DNA of 64,000 nt from the human T2T-CHM13v2.0 reference genome, Homo sapiens, in NCBI RefSeq assembly GCF_009914755.1, contig NC_060932.1. One strand, written 5' to 3'. Positions within the stretch are counted from its first letter, which is position 1. The number at the start of each line of letters is the position of its first letter. Below, piece after piece: positions 54,122-64,000 of the stretch. The notes under the pieces are model-generated. The model did no database searches, was not told the DNA's origin, and saw only the letters and a list, made by a program, of their open reading frames with translations. The position numbers were made by a program, and so were the translations under genes.

Positions 54122-54271
54122 CAAGGCAGGATAGTCTTCAGGACTGCTTGGTGGTAGTGGTGGGCTAGGCATATCTTTCCTTGGGCCCCTAGGCAACATA
54201 TGCAGGCATTGGTGTTAGTGAGCCCAGATAGGCCAATTCTTGGTTTTCCAGGGACCTTGTTCAGGTGTCAG
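54121..54271 (-). repeat. 151-bp inverted copy of 55443-55593 (L1 5' region)
   Basis: Ungapped reverse-complement alignment by eye, with about 12 mismatches in 151 bp. Confidence 0.93.
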
Positions 54272-54619
54272 ATGACACCAACATATATATAAATTTTGAA
54301 TGGAAGAAGATGAACAAAATTACAGCAGCTCACTTTGGCCACCTGTGACATCACCACAGTACCAGAACTTTAATGACTCTCAGCGCCAAGGTGCCAACAA
54401 TGCTATAAATGTTACTGGTCTCTGTATTTCCTGTGACCCAAATGCCACTGCTACTGCTTAAGGCTTGATCAGGATGGTTGCTGTCAAACAAAATGTGTTG
54501 ATCCTTGAAACAGGAGGCAGCACTTTTGATGTATCCATCCTCACTTGTGAAGATGGTATCCCTGATTTCTAGTTTTCAACTAAGGACATTTCTTTAGATG
54601 GATAAAATTTTCTTAACTC

Positions 54620-54960
<341 letters not shown>

Positions 54961-55029
54961 TCAAATGTTAAAGTCAAGAGCAAATTAATAAAGACAATAA
55001 TGAAAACAAGAAGTCTATCTGAGCACTGT

Positions 55030-59072
<4,043 letters not shown>

Positions 59073-59179
59073 ATTACATTTTGGGGGAAAATACGTGTGA
59101 AACCAGATAGTAGTGATGGTTACACATTATGAATATAATAAATGCCACCGAATATTAAACTTAAAAAATGATTACAGGA

Positions 59180-59640
59180 GACTAGGTCACATAGCAGTTA
59201 GTGCTGCAGATGCCTGACCCACACTGCCTGGGTTCAAATCCCAGTTGTGCCATTTATGAGCTGTGTGAGGCTGGGCACAGTGGCTCATGCCTGTAATCTC
59301 AGCACTTTGGGAAGCTAAGGTGGAAGGACTGCTTGAGACCAGGAGTTGAAGATCAGCCTGGGCAACAAAGCAAGACTCTGCCTCTACAAGAAATCTAAAA
59401 AATTAGCTGGGCATGGTGGTGTGCATCTGTAGTCCCAGCTAAGGAGGAGGATATCTTGAGCCCAGGAGTTAGAGGTTTCAGTGGCTTATCATCATACCAC
59501 TGTATTCTCAGCCCACATGACAGAGCAAGACTCTATCTCTAAAATAAATTTTTCTAATATATAAGCTGTATGACCATAGGTAAGTTATTTAATCTCTCTG
59601 TGCTTCACATCCTTCAACCATAAAGCAGCATTAATAATCA
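59180..59640 (+). mobile_element. MIR SINE split by an Alu
   Basis: MIR core ctgggttcaaatcccag...gctgtgtga | ccataggtaagttatttaatctctctgtgcttca on either side of the Alu. Confidence 0.8.
59269..59560 (+). mobile_element. Alu SINE, AluJ-like, with a short deletion in the right arm
   Basis: gcctgggcaacaaagcaagactctgcctctaca and cttgagcccaggagtt. TSD atgagctgtgtga (59256-59268) and ataagctgtatga (59561-59573). Confidence 0.88.
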
Positions 59641-60199
59641 AAGCATCAACTTCCTATGCCAGTTATTTTGAACTAAATATTAATAGCACCCCCTTCACTT
59701 CAAAAGAGTTGCAGTTCAGAGAACAAATTACATGGTTGTTCAACTCATGTTGATCCACTCTTGAAGTGGTTTTCAGATCAGAGCATAGAGAGTGTCTTCT
59801 ACATAATCACAAAATGTAAGGCACTCAAAATTTTTATGAGAAATCTGATGACAGTTCTTTATAAAAAATGTGAACTTCAGTATATATACAAGAGTGGTTA
59901 TTCTGAAAACTTGAATGTTGGAGCACATAAAAAAGAAATTCATGTCCTGAAGAATAACACTCCTTTCAAAAGAGGAAACAAATAAAATAGAAATATTTTA
60001 TAACAAATGTTTTATAAAGAAGGGCAAAACAACTAAATGAAATACAACCTAATGCTAGTAGTTGGCCTCGGAGTAGAAGATTAGAAGTGCTTGTTTTTTT
60101 TCTTTTTTATACCTCTGCAGTTCCAAGTTATTTTACGGTAGCCACATATTACTTTTATAATCAAAAAGAGATTTTTAAAAAAATGTTCAGACAGACTCA

Positions 60200-62150
<1,951 letters not shown>

Positions 62151-62169
62151 GTACATGTATCCTGGTTGG

Positions 62170-64000
62170 TTATGCCTTAAAAAAAAGGAATTTATAAAAT
62201 CATTCTAGAAATTATGCAGAAATTTAAATACCTATAAAATATTAGATGATGTTAGTAAAATATTGCTAATTTTCTTAGTTTTGATTATAGTGTTATAGTT
62301 ACTTAGGAGAATGTCCTTATTCTTAGGAAATGCATACTGAAGTATTTAGGAACCAAAGTATAATGATACCTGAAATTTAGTCTCAATTATCCTACAGAAT
62401 AAAAGTATATATGAAAAATATTAATTGTCATATTTGGATAGTGGTTATAGAGGTGATCATAGCACAATTCTTGCAACTTTTCTGTGTTTGACAATTTTCA
62501 TAATAAAATATCAGAGATTAAATAAAATGTATAAATATTGTAATGACAAAAGCTTTTCAATATAGTTCCACTAACTATTCTAGTTAGACTCTTTTGTTTC
62601 CAAAGATCAAAATCCCACTCAAGTTAACTTAAGAAAATATTTTTAAAGATACAGGTGAATCGGACCTAAAATTGGAATCTGACACTCAAGGGACATTCAG
62701 GAGGCTCTAGGACCTGCATGTTCTCCCAGTGGCCACTAAGGGACCATTCATTGCTCTCACTGGGTCTTCACTTTCCCCAGTGCTTCTACTGCCTTCTCAC
62801 TTCTCCCATTAGATTTCCTTTGCTATCTTCAATTTCAGCTGTCCTCACCTAGCAAAGTTATACATGGGCCCTTTCACCCATCAACCTCACTCCCGGAAAT
62901 CTAGCTCTGACATGTTGGCAAAAAACACCAAATGATATCTATACAAAGCTATTCATTGTAACATCATTTGCATAAGCATAAAGGTGAAAACAACCCAACT
63001 TCCATCAAAAAGGGACTAATTGAGTAGACTATTATACATGCATATGATAGAAGACTGTGTATCCATAAAAAGTAATGAGAACAATATATACTGATAGGGA
63101 ATGATCTTTAGGTTATATTGTAAAGGGAAAAAAGGCTTGTATAGTATCCTACTTCCAGTATTTTAATTTTTGTGTAAAAAGGAAAATAAAAATGTAAATA
63201 TACATATTTATTTATATTTTCATAAAGAAATAATGAAATAAGTAAAAAATTAATTTTAAAAAATGCTTCACTATAGTGGGAGGGAGAAAAGAGGCTGAAG
63301 GAGCCAGGGACAGAAGCTTCCCTAGATGTAAATTTGGCCAGCATTCCTGGAGTCTGGGCCTGTAACTGGCTGTGAGCATTCTGCTGGCCAAGCAGAGCAC
63401 AAGATTAAGCCCAGACTGAAGGGAGGAGAAAGAGACTCCAACTCTCCATGGGAAGTGTGACAAACAATATATGGACAGATTTTCTAAAAGCAGGACAACC
63501 AGATTTGATGTGCTTCATAACAGGGCATACTAAAAAGTATACGACAGTAGTTACGCAAAGTGATCTTGCCTAAAAATTTATACTTGAATGTCTAATCAAG
63601 CCTCTAACTCTCAGTTTCTAGGCAATATAAGGGATAGAAGGAAATGTTTAACTTTTAAAAGGTTAAAGAAGCAATCAGAATGTGAGAATGTGAGAAATTC
63701 TAGAGGACCAAACAACCAGAGAGAGCTGTCAGAGAATAACTGAATATAACATGAAGGTGTGGTTTGAATTCTAACTCAAACTAAAAAGACATAATTGAGA
63801 CAATTGGAGAAATCTTAATGTGGACTGGCTATCAGACAATGTTTAAAAATTACTATTAGTTCTGTAAAAACATTTTAAAAATCTTTATCTGTTCAAGGTT
63901 CATCGCAAAATATTTAGAGATGAAATAACATGTTATCTAGGATTTGCTTTTAAAATGTAAGAGAAGAAAGCACAGGTGGTGAATGAAATAAAATGAGCAA
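62170..64000 (+). mobile_element. Mosaic of very old L1MC/ME 3'UTR fragments, possibly with an old LTR piece at ~62570-62900
   Basis: Motifs such as gaatgtccttattcttaggaaatgcatactgaagtatttagg, aattcttgcaacttttctgt and tctaggatttgcttttaaaat resemble L1M 3'UTRs. Individual elements are not resolvable by eye. Confidence 0.5.

Overview
Primate (catarrhine, probably human or ape) pericentromere-to-arm transition, with no intact protein-coding gene. Bases 1-~48,505 are divergent monomeric alpha satellite. Where I measured it (4.7-5.7 kb) the period is 172 bp, typical of ancient, non-kinetochore layers. The array changes strand at ~16,047, shows stepwise changes in monomer type at ~27.95, ~30.9 and ~45 kb, and contains relic multi-monomer duplications plus one perfect recent monomer duplication. 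It is interrupted by a truncated L1PA, an AluY and a solo HERV-K-class LTR. Bases ~48,505-64,000 are arm-type sequence: a THE1 inside an older LTR, seven Alus, a long internally deleted L1MA, old L1M/MIR fragments, microsatellites, and a heavily decayed HSP70 (HSPA8-like) pseudogene that the ORF track misses. I found no evidence for a new gene system; the interesting signals are structural and evolutionary. Repeat subfamily calls come from recalled consensus sequences and were not checked by search.
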